Shown here: one piece after another, positions 8,468 to 17,687 of the stretch
Layout of the letters: the number at the start of each line of letters is the position of its first letter
Position numbering within the stretch: the first letter of the stretch is position 1
Origin: a virus
Lineage: Duplodnaviria > Heunggongvirae > Uroviricota > Caudoviricetes
Reading direction: 5' to 3' (one strand)
IMG/VR virus record: IMGVR_UViG_2585427783_000005
Length of the DNA: 32,447 nucleotides
Position numbers and translations under genes: made by a program
The notes under the pieces: model-generated
Seen by the model: only the letters and a program-made list of their open reading frames with translations
Database searches by the model: none
What the model was told of the DNA's origin: nothing

Positions 8468-8469
8468 CA

Positions 8470-8541
8470 AACGCCGCCGGTGCTGAAACTTGCTTTCAGT
8501 GCTGGCGGGGTTGAACAACTCGCACCGCGAGGCGCTAGTTC
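8470..8541 (+). repeat. Copy 1 of ~72-bp direct repeat with internal stem-loop, 3 nt after the DinI-like stop
   Basis: AACGCCGCCGGTGCTGAAACTTGCTTTCAGTGCTGGCGGGGTTGAACAAC...GCGAGGCG; ~85% identical to copy 2. Confidence 0.8.
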
Positions 8542-8662
8542 TTCCTCTCAAAGTTTCTCGATGTTTTATTGGTTACACACCAGTGATGAATGGGACGTTA
8601 CCTTAGCGGGTTTTATAGTGGCGCTGTGGCAGCGCTAAATAAAATTCATTGAGGGCGATAAT

Positions 8663-8872
8663 ATGCATCGACTACCGGGCGAAATTCCGCAGCACAAAAC
8701 TAAAAGCATCAAACTGATGGCCATCGTTCATCGTCTGCAGCAGATAATGGTCAATGAGAATTTGACACCCGCCGAGCTGGTCGGGTGTGCCGAAATAGTC
8801 AGGGATAATTACGGCAAGCTGGATAGCATCAGCAAGCCGACACATTACTCACCGCCACCACGTCGACCATAG
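8663..8872 (+). CDS. Hypothetical small protein between the two repeat copies
   Basis: ATG 8663 with GAGGG RBS 7 nt upstream; 69 aa. Confidence 0.55.
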   Translation: MHRLPGEIPQHKTKSIKLMAIVHRLQQIMVNENLTPAELVGCAEIVRDNYGKLDSISKPTHYSPPPRRP

Positions 8873-8874
8873 AT

Positions 8875-8946
8875 AACGCCGCCGGAGCTGAAACTCGCTT
8901 TCAGGTCTGGCGGGGTTGAACAACGAGCTACGCGAGGCGTTAGCCG
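8875..8946 (+). repeat. Copy 2 of ~72-bp direct repeat with internal stem-loop, 3 nt after the 69-aa ORF stop
   Basis: AACGCCGCCGGAGCTGAAACTCGCTTTCAGGTCTGGCGGGGTTGAACAAC...GCGAGGCG; stem preserved by compensatory changes relative to copy 1. Confidence 0.8.
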
Positions 8947-9005
8947 GTCATAGCGTCGCAAATACTTCAACCGTCTGCTGGTTAAATAATTCGAGGTTTT
9001 TGGAC

Positions 9006-9200
9006 ATGCAAAATCCCCTTTCATCGAAAAATGACCCGTTTGCCGATTGGGCAAAGAATCTGACTTTAATGGCTTTAAATAACGACCTGAGCTCTCGCGA
9101 GGTGGAAAGCTACACCGCAAAAATGGTCGGGCAGGCCGGTAAAGATGAGCTATCAGTCGTTATCAAACACCTGTTAAATCACATCAGAATGCGCAAATAA
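9006..9200 (+). CDS. Hypothetical small protein
   Basis: ATG 9006 with GAGG 9 nt upstream; 64 aa (track ORF 8916..9200 starts at a TTG inside repeat copy 2). Confidence 0.4.
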   Translation: MQNPLSSKNDPFADWAKNLTLMALNNDLSSREVESYTAKMVGQAGKDELSVVIKHLLNHIRMRK

Positions 9201-9216
9201 GAGGAACTATATAAAT

Positions 9217-9318
9217 ATGTTATCTCTCGTTTATGAAAATCCGTGGACGACGATTTTTCTGATGATTGTTGCCAGCATGTGCCTCAACAGTGTTATTGGC
9301 GCATTGCGCGGCCATTAA
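9217..9318 (+). CDS. Small hydrophobic peptide (33 aa, single predicted TM helix)
   Basis: ATG 9217 with AAGAGGAA RBS 10 nt upstream; MLSLVYENPWTTIFLMIVASMCLNSVIGALRGH; followed by a strong terminator. Below the ORF-track size cutoff. Confidence 0.45.
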   Translation: MLSLVYENPWTTIFLMIVASMCLNSVIGALRGH

Positions 9319-9336
9319 TCGCGACAAAACCAGACT

Positions 9337-9367
9337 AAAACCGGCACCCTGAATGCCGGTTTTTTTA
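9337..9367 (+). terminator. Rho-independent terminator ending the post-A accessory operon
   Basis: AAAACCGGCA-ccctgaa-TGCCGGTTTT followed by a T-run (TTTTTTTAT). Confidence 0.8.
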
Positions 9368-9526
9368 TGCCATTTTTCCGCGAATTTCCCGTTTTTTAGT
9401 CGTGCATGCATCAGGTGCATGGTTTTGCATGCGTCAGTCTTGCCCGTTCTGTCCGTGCGCCGCCAGAGCTAGCGCGGATCCAGAGTTGTCATGCAACTGC
9501 ATTAAAACCGCCCCATAAAGCGGGCA

Positions 9527-9545
9527 GGCGTGGCGGGGAAAGCAT
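9527..9545. other. cos site (cohesive-end sequence, P2/186 type)
   Basis: GGCGTGGCGGGGAAAGCAT in a ~400-bp GC-rich non-coding interval between the early/accessory region and portal gene Q, where cos lies in P2-family prophages; resembles the P2 19-nt cohesive end as I recall it. Confidence 0.65.
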
Positions 9546-9764
9546 TGCGCGCCAGCAGTGATGCGTAATAATAAAAATTATCCTCTGAGCGCGTCGTGAT
9601 GGCGCTGTCGTGGTCGCTGCTGGTTCGTTGGTGGTCGAGTGTGTTCGTGCGCGTGAGACGCATCTGATGCGTGATGGTGGTGTGCATGGAAAAGCCACCA
9701 GGAGCAGCGGCTTTACAGGAGTGGCAGGATTCAAACTGCTAATTATGTTTCTACTATGATTAAA

Positions 9765-10769
9765 CTAATTTACATGTATGTAGAGTTCACCGTCGCCAGA
9801 CCAATCGGGACACTCTAAAACAAGCCCAAACTGCTTGAATATTTCATCAATGATTATTGTTATCTCCCGAAAATCACCAAAACCTGTAATGTGCTGGTCA
9901 TTAAACTTCCCATAAAGATTCTGAAAAGCAATGCCTAATTCTGATAATTGATATCTTATCTTTGAGTTGGATAGTGTAAGGGATAGCTTTGGATCGTATT
10001 CTTTAATATTGATGTTTAGAGAATGGACATAACCCATCGCATAAGCATAAGAGTTGATGATTAGCCTGATACGTTTTTTTACTTCAAGATACATGTCATT
10101 CAGAGAAATATTACCGTACTTATAACCCCAGATGAGTTTTTCAATCTCGTCAGATACTTCATTTACAACAGTGTCAAGATTCTCTAAAAATAAATCGACA
10201 GTTTCTTGAGGGGCAGACCCCGAAGACATGTAATTAGCGAGATATTCAGACCATGCACGCGTGGCTGAGATAAGAAGCGCGCTACCATACTCGTTGACTG
10301 TAAAGTTTTGGGCTAAGCATGTTAGTAAGTTTTTTTCATGTACGTGCACTAATTCATGGTGAATGCGATGGATGACTGCGAGGTATCCTTCTTCTTTCAG
10401 TTTTAAGAAGCTACCATCATTGAAAAGCTCAACAAAAAAATCAATCGATAGCACAAGGGTATATTCTTCATATAGCCCATCATTGCCAATTTTTGTTACT
10501 AACTGCCCGACGGCTGCGCCCTGTTTGCTATTGGTAAATGAACTAGGGGATTTGTGTTGGTAAGAGGATGTTACCTTTTGAAGAGCTTCACTGAAGTTAT
10601 AGGAAACAATCACGCATTTTAATTTGGAGATATCAAGATTGAGATTCTTTGTTAAAGCTCGGATAGCTTCTAGTGTGAAATTACCGATATTATTTGCTTC
10701 TTGCTCAGTAGCGAAACCTTCGAGGGTTATTTTAAAATCAGTTTCCAAAATATTAATCTCCGCGCCCAT
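9765..10769 (-). CDS. AT-rich hypothetical protein with HExxH motif (possible metal-dependent hydrolase); accessory gene between cos and Q
   Basis: 334 aa ORF, ATG at 10767-10769 (revcomp); IHRIHHELVHVHE motif; strongly AT-rich relative to flanking phage genes; no recognisable P2 homolog. Confidence 0.6.
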   Translation of the reverse strand: MGAEINILETDFKITLEGFATEQEANNIGNFTLEAIRALTKNLNLDISKLKCVIVSYNFSEALQKVTSSYQHKSPSSFTNSKQGAAVGQLVTKIGNDGLYEEYTLVLSIDFFVELFNDGSFLKLKEEGYLAVIHRIHHELVHVHEKNLLTCLAQNFTVNEYGSALLISATRAWSEYLANYMSSGSAPQETVDLFLENLDTVVNEVSDEIEKLIWGYKYGNISLNDMYLEVKKRIRLIINSYAYAMGYVHSLNINIKEYDPKLSLTLSNSKIRYQLSELGIAFQNLYGKFNDQHITGFGDFREITIIIDEIFKQFGLVLECPDWSGDGELYIHVN

Positions 10770-10846
10770 TGTTTTGATATTCGATGCACTATAGCTTTCG
10801 CAGATTGCATCTTCAATAATGAGCGCAGAGATTGTGGCGGCCTAAG

Positions 10847-11893
10847 TTATTCTGGGTTGTCGAGGGTGTACTCTTTGAATCTGATGACCTCCATGCCGAG
10901 CCAGTCATTTACCTCCCTGAACCTGTCCTGTAGCGGCGACAGCTCGTTGCGCACAAATACCTTTGCCACCTTCTCAACATCACCGAGTGAACCGATATTC
11001 TCGGGCTTGCCGCCCATGAGCTGGAACGGTACGCGGTGCGCGTCCATCAGATCGGCGGCACTGGCCTTCTTGATGTTGAAAAAGTCATCCTTTGTGGCGA
11101 CCTCGCTCAGTGGCACGATTTTGATGCCGTCCGGTTTTCCGCCGGGAGCGTAGAAAAACAGGTTCTTAAAGTTGCCGAGCCCTTTTGAGTTGCGCATCGC
11201 CTCGCGCAGCGATTCGACGTCGGTCGCGCTCTGCGCCGGGTCAGTCACATACATGATGTAGCCTGCGTGCGCGCCGTTCTGATAATACTTGCGGCGGAAC
11301 AGCGTCGCGGATTCATTCAGCCAAGCGGAATTAAGCGCGCTGAGATATTCCGGCAGACCGTAAATCTCCTGATTAATGTCGGGCTCCAGCAGGTGAAACA
11401 CGGTATCAGGCGCGAACTCGTGCGGCTGGGTGAAGTTTTCCACAAACCAGAAAATCGAATCGTCGACTCCGCGTCGGGTGTATTTGGCTGGCGAGGCCAG
11501 CAGTTTGATTAACTGGCCGGTGACGCTGTGGCGCTGCTCAAGAAAGGCGTTACCGAACACCAGATAATCGAGCGCAAAGCGGCTGAAATCCTGACGGGAT
11601 AACAACGGGTGCGGAATGTAGGTGCTCGCGAGCACGTTACGCTTAACATAAATTGGCGAGCTGTGATGCACGGCAGAGCGCAGGCTCTTTGCCAGCCCTG
11701 AGAAGCTGACCGGCGGCTCGTACCATTTGCCGTTACTGATGCACTCGACGTAATCCAGAATGTCGCGCTTATCGAGTACCGGCACCGGCTCGCCGAAGGT
11801 GAACGCTGTCGTTTTTGGCGGTGCGCTGGCGGTCAGTTGTTGTGGTTTGCTGGCCTTTTGTGCGTTGGCTTTACGGGATTTTTGTTTACCCAT
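10847..11893 (-). CDS. Q: Portal protein
   Basis: 348 aa; size, position and orientation (adjacent to and downstream of terminase P) match P2 gpQ. Confidence 0.9.
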   Translation of the reverse strand: MGKQKSRKANAQKASKPQQLTASAPPKTTAFTFGEPVPVLDKRDILDYVECISNGKWYEPPVSFSGLAKSLRSAVHHSSPIYVKRNVLASTYIPHPLLSRQDFSRFALDYLVFGNAFLEQRHSVTGQLIKLLASPAKYTRRGVDDSIFWFVENFTQPHEFAPDTVFHLLEPDINQEIYGLPEYLSALNSAWLNESATLFRRKYYQNGAHAGYIMYVTDPAQSATDVESLREAMRNSKGLGNFKNLFFYAPGGKPDGIKIVPLSEVATKDDFFNIKKASAADLMDAHRVPFQLMGGKPENIGSLGDVEKVAKVFVRNELSPLQDRFREVNDWLGMEVIRFKEYTLDNPE

Positions 11894-11894
11894 T

Positions 11895-13664
11895 TTAGTT
11901 GAACTCCAGAATAGATTTAGGCTGCATGCCGCTACCGGCAGAAAGCGGTTCGTTTAACAGGGCGTGCATGGTCGCCCATGCGATATCGGCGTGGCTGGCT
12001 TCCTCGGTGCGGCTGGCCTCATAGGTGGCGCAGCGCCCGCTGCTGGTCATGGTTTTGCGGATGGACATAAACGACTGCGTGACGTCGGTTGCTCCGGCGT
12101 CGTACTCCAGACAGCCACGGCGAATGGTGTCTTTCGCCTTGAGTACCATTGCGGTTTTCATTTCAGGTGTGTAACGGATGCCGCGTGCCGCCGGGTAAAA
12201 TGAGCGCACCAGCTGGAACACGCCGAGACCGAGGCCGGTTGCGTCAATGCCGATGTATTCGACGTTGTATTTCTCGGTCAGCTTGCGGATGCCCTCTGCC
12301 TGTGCTGCAAAATCCATGCCCTTCCACTGGTGGCGCTCCAGCATGCGGAACTTGCCACCAGAGACCACCGGCGGCGCGAGCACGACGCACCCGGCACTGT
12401 CGCCGGTGTGTGACGGGTCGTAGCCAATCCAGACAGGACGAGAGCCGAACGGATGGTCGGCGAACGGGGCAAAGTCCTCCCATTCCTCCATCACATCGAC
12501 CATGCAGCGCTGCAGCTCCTCGAACGGGAATACCGACGCTTTATCGTCGACAAACTCGCACATAAACAGGTTCTTAAAGTCCTCATCACTGTTTTCGCGT
12601 TTGAGCTGGTCGAGGTCGAACAGGGTGCAGCCACCCGCAAGGGCGTCCTCAATGGTGACAATCTGCCGCCACTGGCCATCGTCGCAGAGCTGGCCACCGG
12701 CGAGCGCGCTGTGACTGATGTCGATTTCGATGCGGTCGGCAATCCGGCTGCGCCCCTTGTTGAACAGCTCGCCAGACCAGAAGGGGTAAGCGCCGTGCGC
12801 CAGCGTGGAAGGTGTCGAAAAATAGGTCGAGCGCAGGTGCTTTTGCGAGGCCATGCCCGAGGCGACTTTGCGCAGTTTCTGAAAATTCGGGATCCAGAAT
12901 ATTTCATCGACATACAGATCGCCGTTATGGCTCTGCGCGGTGTTGGAATTGGTACCGAGAAAAATCAGTTTTGCGCCGTTGTTACCGATGACAATCGGGT
13001 CGCCAGTCAGGTCAACGTCGACCAGTCGCGCAAACTGGATGATGTATTCGCGGAACACGTAAGCCTGCGTTTTACTGGCTGATAAAAATATCTGGTTATG
13101 GCCGGTTTTGAGTGCGCGCAGCAGTGCCTCGCGGGAGAAATAGAATGTCGCGCCAATCTGGCGGGATTTGAGAATGTCACGAATACGGTGCTCCAGTCCT
13201 GCGCGGTACCACTGCAACTGGTACTCGAAAGACTGGTCGAAAAATAATTCCTCTAGTTTATCGATAGCCTCGTCGCTGAAAAAATTCTTTTTCGGCTTTT
13301 TGCGCTCCCCTTTGTTGCGGTTGGCGACGTTGGGGTTAAGGTCGGCTTCGTTGCCGGTCTGGCTGTAGCGGTTGACTCGCGCCAACCGTTCAATCTGCCG
13401 TCCGAGCAGGTCAATCTCTTTGAAATCACCCCCTGTCTTTTGCGGCTTGGCGATGAGCTGAATCAGCCTGGCCTCAAGGCTGCTTTCAACGCGGGAAATC
13501 GGCGCGATGCCGTCCCAGCCGTCGCGCTGCTTCCAGCTCTGCACGGTCGGGCGCTTGACCTGCAGCATTTCGGCAATCTGTGGCACGGAAAAACCCTGCC
13601 AGTAAAGCAGCGATGCCTGCCGTCGCGGGTCATGCAACAAGGTTGTATCGGTGGAAATGGTCAT
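11895..13664 (-). CDS. P: Terminase large (ATPase) subunit
   Basis: 589 aa; divergent from the O-N-M-L operon; matches P2 gpP in length and position. Confidence 0.9.
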   Translation of the reverse strand: MTISTDTTLLHDPRRQASLLYWQGFSVPQIAEMLQVKRPTVQSWKQRDGWDGIAPISRVESSLEARLIQLIAKPQKTGGDFKEIDLLGRQIERLARVNRYSQTGNEADLNPNVANRNKGERKKPKKNFFSDEAIDKLEELFFDQSFEYQLQWYRAGLEHRIRDILKSRQIGATFYFSREALLRALKTGHNQIFLSASKTQAYVFREYIIQFARLVDVDLTGDPIVIGNNGAKLIFLGTNSNTAQSHNGDLYVDEIFWIPNFQKLRKVASGMASQKHLRSTYFSTPSTLAHGAYPFWSGELFNKGRSRIADRIEIDISHSALAGGQLCDDGQWRQIVTIEDALAGGCTLFDLDQLKRENSDEDFKNLFMCEFVDDKASVFPFEELQRCMVDVMEEWEDFAPFADHPFGSRPVWIGYDPSHTGDSAGCVVLAPPVVSGGKFRMLERHQWKGMDFAAQAEGIRKLTEKYNVEYIGIDATGLGLGVFQLVRSFYPAARGIRYTPEMKTAMVLKAKDTIRRGCLEYDAGATDVTQSFMSIRKTMTSSGRCATYEASRTEEASHADIAWATMHALLNEPLSAGSGMQPKSILEFN

Positions 13665-13829
13665 TGATGCCTCGCCGTAGTGGATTCAGGGCAAGGCTAC
13701 TTAATGGCCGTCAGTGATTCGCTAAGGTGCTGTTGTGTGGACGGTTGTCCAGTCGTCATTGGTGGTCTGGCGTGTCCTGAGTCTGGAAACTGGCGGTGAC
13801 CAGTAACCTCAACCTCAGGACTCCTGACA

Positions 13830-14684
13830 ATGGCAAAAAAAGTCTCAAAATTCTTTCGCATCGGCGTCGAGGGTGACACCTGCGACGGCCGCATTATCAG
13901 CGGCAACGATATTCAGGAAATGGCCGAATCGTTTGACCCTCGCGTCTACGGTTGCCGCATTAACCTTGAGCATATTCGCGGTCTCTTTCCTGATGGCGAC
14001 TTCAAACGCTTAGGCGATGTGGTTGAACTGAAAGCTGAAATAATTGACGACGATTCTGCGCTTAACGGCAAATGGGCGTTGTTCGCCAGAATCACCCCAA
14101 CCGACGACCTGATTGCGATGAATAAAAAATTGCAGAAGGTCTACACCTCAATGGAAATTCAGCCGAATTTTGCCAATACCGGCAAATGCTACCTCGTCGG
14201 CCTTGCTGTCACCGATGACCCGGCGAGCCTCGGCACTGAATACCTCGAATTCTGCCGCAACGCGAAGCACAACCCGCTGCAGCGCTTTAAGACCAACCCT
14301 GAAAACGTCTTTTCCGCTGCCACTCTGGCCGAGCTGGAGTTTGAAGACGTTCCCGACACGGTGCTCAACAGCCTGGCCGATAAGGTGAAAGCCATTTTCA
14401 GCCGTAAGCAGGTCAGCGACGATGCGCGCCTGAATGATGTGCATGAAGCGGTGACCACCGTCAGCGAACATGTGCAAACCAACCTGACAAAACAGGACGA
14501 GCGCCTTTCCGCTATGGAAACCGCGTTTGCCACTTTCAAACAGGAACTGACCGGCAAGGTTGAAGAAACCAGCCAGGCATTTTCCGACCTGAAAACCACC
14601 CTCGATAAAACCGAAAGTTTCAGCCAGCCGCGACGCACGAAAGCCAGCGGCGGTGGTGGCGATGAGCTGCTGACCGACTGCTGA
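13830..14684 (+). CDS. O: Capsid scaffolding protein
   Basis: 284 aa, same length as P2 gpO; first gene of the rightward head operon. Confidence 0.9.
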   Translation: MAKKVSKFFRIGVEGDTCDGRIISGNDIQEMAESFDPRVYGCRINLEHIRGLFPDGDFKRLGDVVELKAEIIDDDSALNGKWALFARITPTDDLIAMNKKLQKVYTSMEIQPNFANTGKCYLVGLAVTDDPASLGTEYLEFCRNAKHNPLQRFKTNPENVFSAATLAELEFEDVPDTVLNSLADKVKAIFSRKQVSDDARLNDVHEAVTTVSEHVQTNLTKQDERLSAMETAFATFKQELTGKVEETSQAFSDLKTTLDKTESFSQPRRTKASGGGGDELLTDC

Positions 14685-14760
14685 TAAACCGCAGACCAGA
14701 AACCGGGCGGCATCCCCGCCCGATGCAGTGACTAACCGATAAATTCAAACAGGAAATACT

Positions 14761-15828
14761 ATGCGCCCGGATACCCGTTTTAAGTTCAATGCCTATCTGA
14801 CCCGCGTCGCTGAGCTAAACGGCATCAGCACTGATGACGTCAGTAAAAAATTCACCGTCGAGCCGTCCGTCACGCAAACACTGATGAACAAAGTGCAGGA
14901 GTCATCCGCGTTTCTGCAGACGATTAATATTCTGCCGGTCGCAGAAATGAAGGGAGAGAAAATCGGCGTCGGTGTGACCGGTACTATCGCCAGCACGACC
15001 GACACCTCGGGCGATGATGAGCGTAAGACCGCCGACTTCACCGCGCTTGAGTCCAACAAGTACGAGTGCGACCAAATTAATTTTGACTTCCATCTGAAAT
15101 ATAAAACCCTCGACCTGTGGGCGCGTTTTCAGGACTTCCAGCGCCGCATCCGCGACGCCATTGTCAAGCGTCAGGCACTGGATTTCATCATGGCCGGTTT
15201 TAACGGTACCACCCGCGCCGCCACCTCTGACCGCACCAAAAATCCGATGCTGCAGGATGTGGCCGTCGGCTGGCTGCAGAAATACCGCAATGAAGCCCCG
15301 ACGCGCGTGATGAGCAACATCACCGACGCTGACGGTAAGGTCGTTTCAGCAGTGATTCGTGTAGGTCGAAACGGCGACTATGAGAACCTCGACGCGCTGG
15401 TGATGGACGCCACCAACAACCTGATTGACGAGGTTTATCAGGATGACCCGAAACTCGTTGCCATCGTTGGCCGTAAGCTGCTGGCCGACAAATATTTCCC
15501 GCTGGTGAACAAGCCGCAGGAAAACAGCGAGGCGCTTGCGGCAGATATCATCATCAGCCAGAAGCGAATCGGCAACCTGCCTGCTGTGCGTGTGCCGTAC
15601 TTCCCGGCGAATGCCGTGTTAGTGACCACGCTGGAAAACCTATCTATCTATTTCATGGATGAGAGTCACCGCCGCAGCATTGATGAAAACCCGAAAAAAG
15701 ACCGCGTTGAAAACTACGAGTCGATGAATATCGACTATGTGGTCGAGGCGTATGCCGCCGGGTGCCTGCTGGAAAACATCACCCTGGGCGATTTCACCGC
15801 ACCTGCAGCACCGGAAAGCGGAGCCTAA
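14761..15828 (+). CDS. N: Major capsid protein
   Basis: 355 aa; MRPDTRFKFNAYLTRVAELNGI... matches my recollection of the P2 gpN N-terminus. Confidence 0.9.
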   Translation: MRPDTRFKFNAYLTRVAELNGISTDDVSKKFTVEPSVTQTLMNKVQESSAFLQTINILPVAEMKGEKIGVGVTGTIASTTDTSGDDERKTADFTALESNKYECDQINFDFHLKYKTLDLWARFQDFQRRIRDAIVKRQALDFIMAGFNGTTRAATSDRTKNPMLQDVAVGWLQKYRNEAPTRVMSNITDADGKVVSAVIRVGRNGDYENLDALVMDATNNLIDEVYQDDPKLVAIVGRKLLADKYFPLVNKPQENSEALAADIIISQKRIGNLPAVRVPYFPANAVLVTTLENLSIYFMDESHRRSIDENPKKDRVENYESMNIDYVVEAYAAGCLLENITLGDFTAPAAPESGA

Positions 15829-15831
15829 ACC

Positions 15832-16581
15832 ATGACGAGCCCCGCACAGCGTCACATGATGCGGGTCTCGGCCTCTCAAGCCGCGCAGCGGGAGCAAGCC
15901 CCGCTGCGCCATGCAACCGCCTATGAGCAGATGCTGGTTAAGCTGGCCGATGACCGCCGCACGTTAAAAAACATCCGTTCAAACGAACGTAAAGCCGAGA
16001 AAAAGCGCGAGCTGCTGCCGTTCTATGCGCCGTGGGTCGCCGGTGTGCTGGCTGATGGCCGTGGTGCGCAGGATGACATTGTCATGACCGTCATGCTGTG
16101 GCGTCTCGATGCCGGTGATATCGCTGGCGCGCTGGAAATTGCCCCGTACGCGCTGAAATACGGCCTCACCTCTGACCACCGCCGCACAACACCTTACATG
16201 CTGGTTGAGGAAGTGGCGCTTGCTGCGCAGCGCCTGCGCGATGCCGGTGAGTCTGTCGACCTTTCCTGGCTGCAGACCACTATCGACCTGACCGACGGCG
16301 CTGACGTTCCCGATATGGTGCGCGCCCGTCTGCATAAGGTGACAGGCCTGACCCTGCGTGATGCCGGTATGAATGCAGAGGCGCTGGCGCAGTTTCAGCG
16401 CGCGATGCAGCTCGACCGCAATGCCGGTGTGCGCAAGGAGATTGAGCGACTGGAACGGGCATTGAAGCCAAAGCCAGAGGCCGCGCCCCGTAAAACGACT
16501 AAACCGCGCACGCGCAAACCTGCCAACAAACCGGCGGCAAAGCGCGGGCGTCCACCAAAGGCGGTAAAAACCGCCGGTTAA
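15832..16581 (+). CDS. M: Terminase small (endonuclease) subunit
   Basis: 249 aa with basic Lys/Arg/Pro-rich C-terminal tail; position after N as P2 gpM. Confidence 0.85.
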   Translation: MTSPAQRHMMRVSASQAAQREQAPLRHATAYEQMLVKLADDRRTLKNIRSNERKAEKKRELLPFYAPWVAGVLADGRGAQDDIVMTVMLWRLDAGDIAGALEIAPYALKYGLTSDHRRTTPYMLVEEVALAAQRLRDAGESVDLSWLQTTIDLTDGADVPDMVRARLHKVTGLTLRDAGMNAEALAQFQRAMQLDRNAGVRKEIERLERALKPKPEAAPRKTTKPRTRKPANKPAAKRGRPPKAVKTAG

Positions 16582-16674
16582 CTGAACGCTCCCCGAGCCG
16601 GGCGGCACGCCGGTCAAAGCAGGTTTTGACCCTGACGGCGACCGGCGTCCACCGCCCAACCTAATGAGGTTGTC

Positions 16675-17184
16675 ATGACGACAGTAATACTGAATCAGCC
16701 CGACGAACCGCAGGACGTACCGGGCGTGGTGATTCCCGCACCGGAGACGGGCGACGCAGTGATTAAAAACACGTTCTTTTTCCCTGATGTGGATCCGAAG
16801 CGGGTGCGCGAACTGATGCGCCTTGAGCAGACGGTTTCCGATGCGCGCCTGCGCAACGCCATCAAGACCGGCATGGCGGAAACCAATGCGGAGCTTTACG
16901 ACTACCGGCTGCGCCAGATTGCCGCAGGGTTTAAGACACTGGCCGACGTGCCTGACGCCGAGGAAATCGACGGCGAGAATGTGCGCGTTTTCCACTACCT
17001 CAGCGCCGTGACGGCGATGGCGACCGCCACCCTGTATGAGCGTTATCGCGGGGTTGAGGCCACGGGCAAGGGTGACAAAAAAGCCGACAGCGTCGAAACC
17101 ACCATTGATGACCTGTGGCGGGATATGCGCTGGTCGGTCTCGCGTCTGCAGGACAAGCCGCGCTGCATCGTGGGTCAGCTCTGA
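16675..17184 (+). CDS. L: Head completion/stabilisation protein
   Basis: 169 aa, same length and position as P2 gpL. Confidence 0.85.
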   Translation: MTTVILNQPDEPQDVPGVVIPAPETGDAVIKNTFFFPDVDPKRVRELMRLEQTVSDARLRNAIKTGMAETNAELYDYRLRQIAAGFKTLADVPDAEEIDGENVRVFHYLSAVTAMATATLYERYRGVEATGKGDKKADSVETTIDDLWRDMRWSVSRLQDKPRCIVGQL

Positions 17185-17387
17185 TGAAAGTCTACGCGAT
17201 GCAGGGCGACACCCTCGACGCGCTTTGCGCCCGGTATTACGGGCGCACTGAGGGCGTGGTCGAGACGGTGCTGCAGGCTAATCCCGGTCTGTCTGAGCTG
17301 GGCGTCATTCTGCCGCATGGCACGGCGATTGACCTGCCCGACGTGGCATCGTCACCCGTAACAGAAACTATCAACCTTTGGGAGTAA
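17184..17387 (+). CDS. X: Tail protein X
   Basis: 67 aa starting MKVYAMQGDTLDALCARYYG; ATG overlaps the L stop (ATGA); track ORF 17115..17387 extends upstream. Confidence 0.85.
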   Translation: MKVYAMQGDTLDALCARYYGRTEGVVETVLQANPGLSELGVILPHGTAIDLPDVASSPVTETINLWE

Positions 17388-17390
17388 ACC

Positions 17391-17687
17391 ATGACAGAAG
17401 GGGAAAAAGGCGTCCTGTCACTGTTTGTGATTGGCGTGATGATTGTTGTCGGAAAAGTGCTGGCGGGGGGTGAGCCCATTACCCCGCGCCTGTTTATCGG
17501 CCGCATGCTGCTCGGCGGTTTTGTTTCAATGGTCGCCGGTGTTGTTCTGGTGCAGTTTCCAGATATGTCACTGCCTGCCGTTTGTGGGATTGGATCCATG
17601 CTCGGCATTGCAGGTTATCAGGTGGTGGAAATCGCCATTCAGCGCCGCTTTAAGTCACAACAGGGGGATAGCGATGCCGATCATTAA
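17391..17687 (+). CDS. Y: Holin
   Basis: 98 aa with hydrophobic TM segments and charged C-terminus; immediately upstream of endolysin. Confidence 0.85.
   Translation: MTEGEKGVLSLFVIGVMIVVGKVLAGGEPITPRLFIGRMLLGGFVSMVAGVVLVQFPDMSLPAVCGIGSMLGIAGYQVVEIAIQRRFKSQQGDSDADH

Noticed and set aside
9489-9734. Minus-strand ORFs (81 and 61 aa) in the GC-rich block
   Set aside because: Pro/Thr/Arg-rich with no RBS; the region is better explained as the cos site and packaging signals.
12149-12913. Several 60-210 aa ORFs on both strands inside terminase P
   Set aside because: Arg/Ala/Pro-rich translations typical of alternative frames of GC-rich coding DNA; the 589-aa minus-strand terminase frame accounts for the region.
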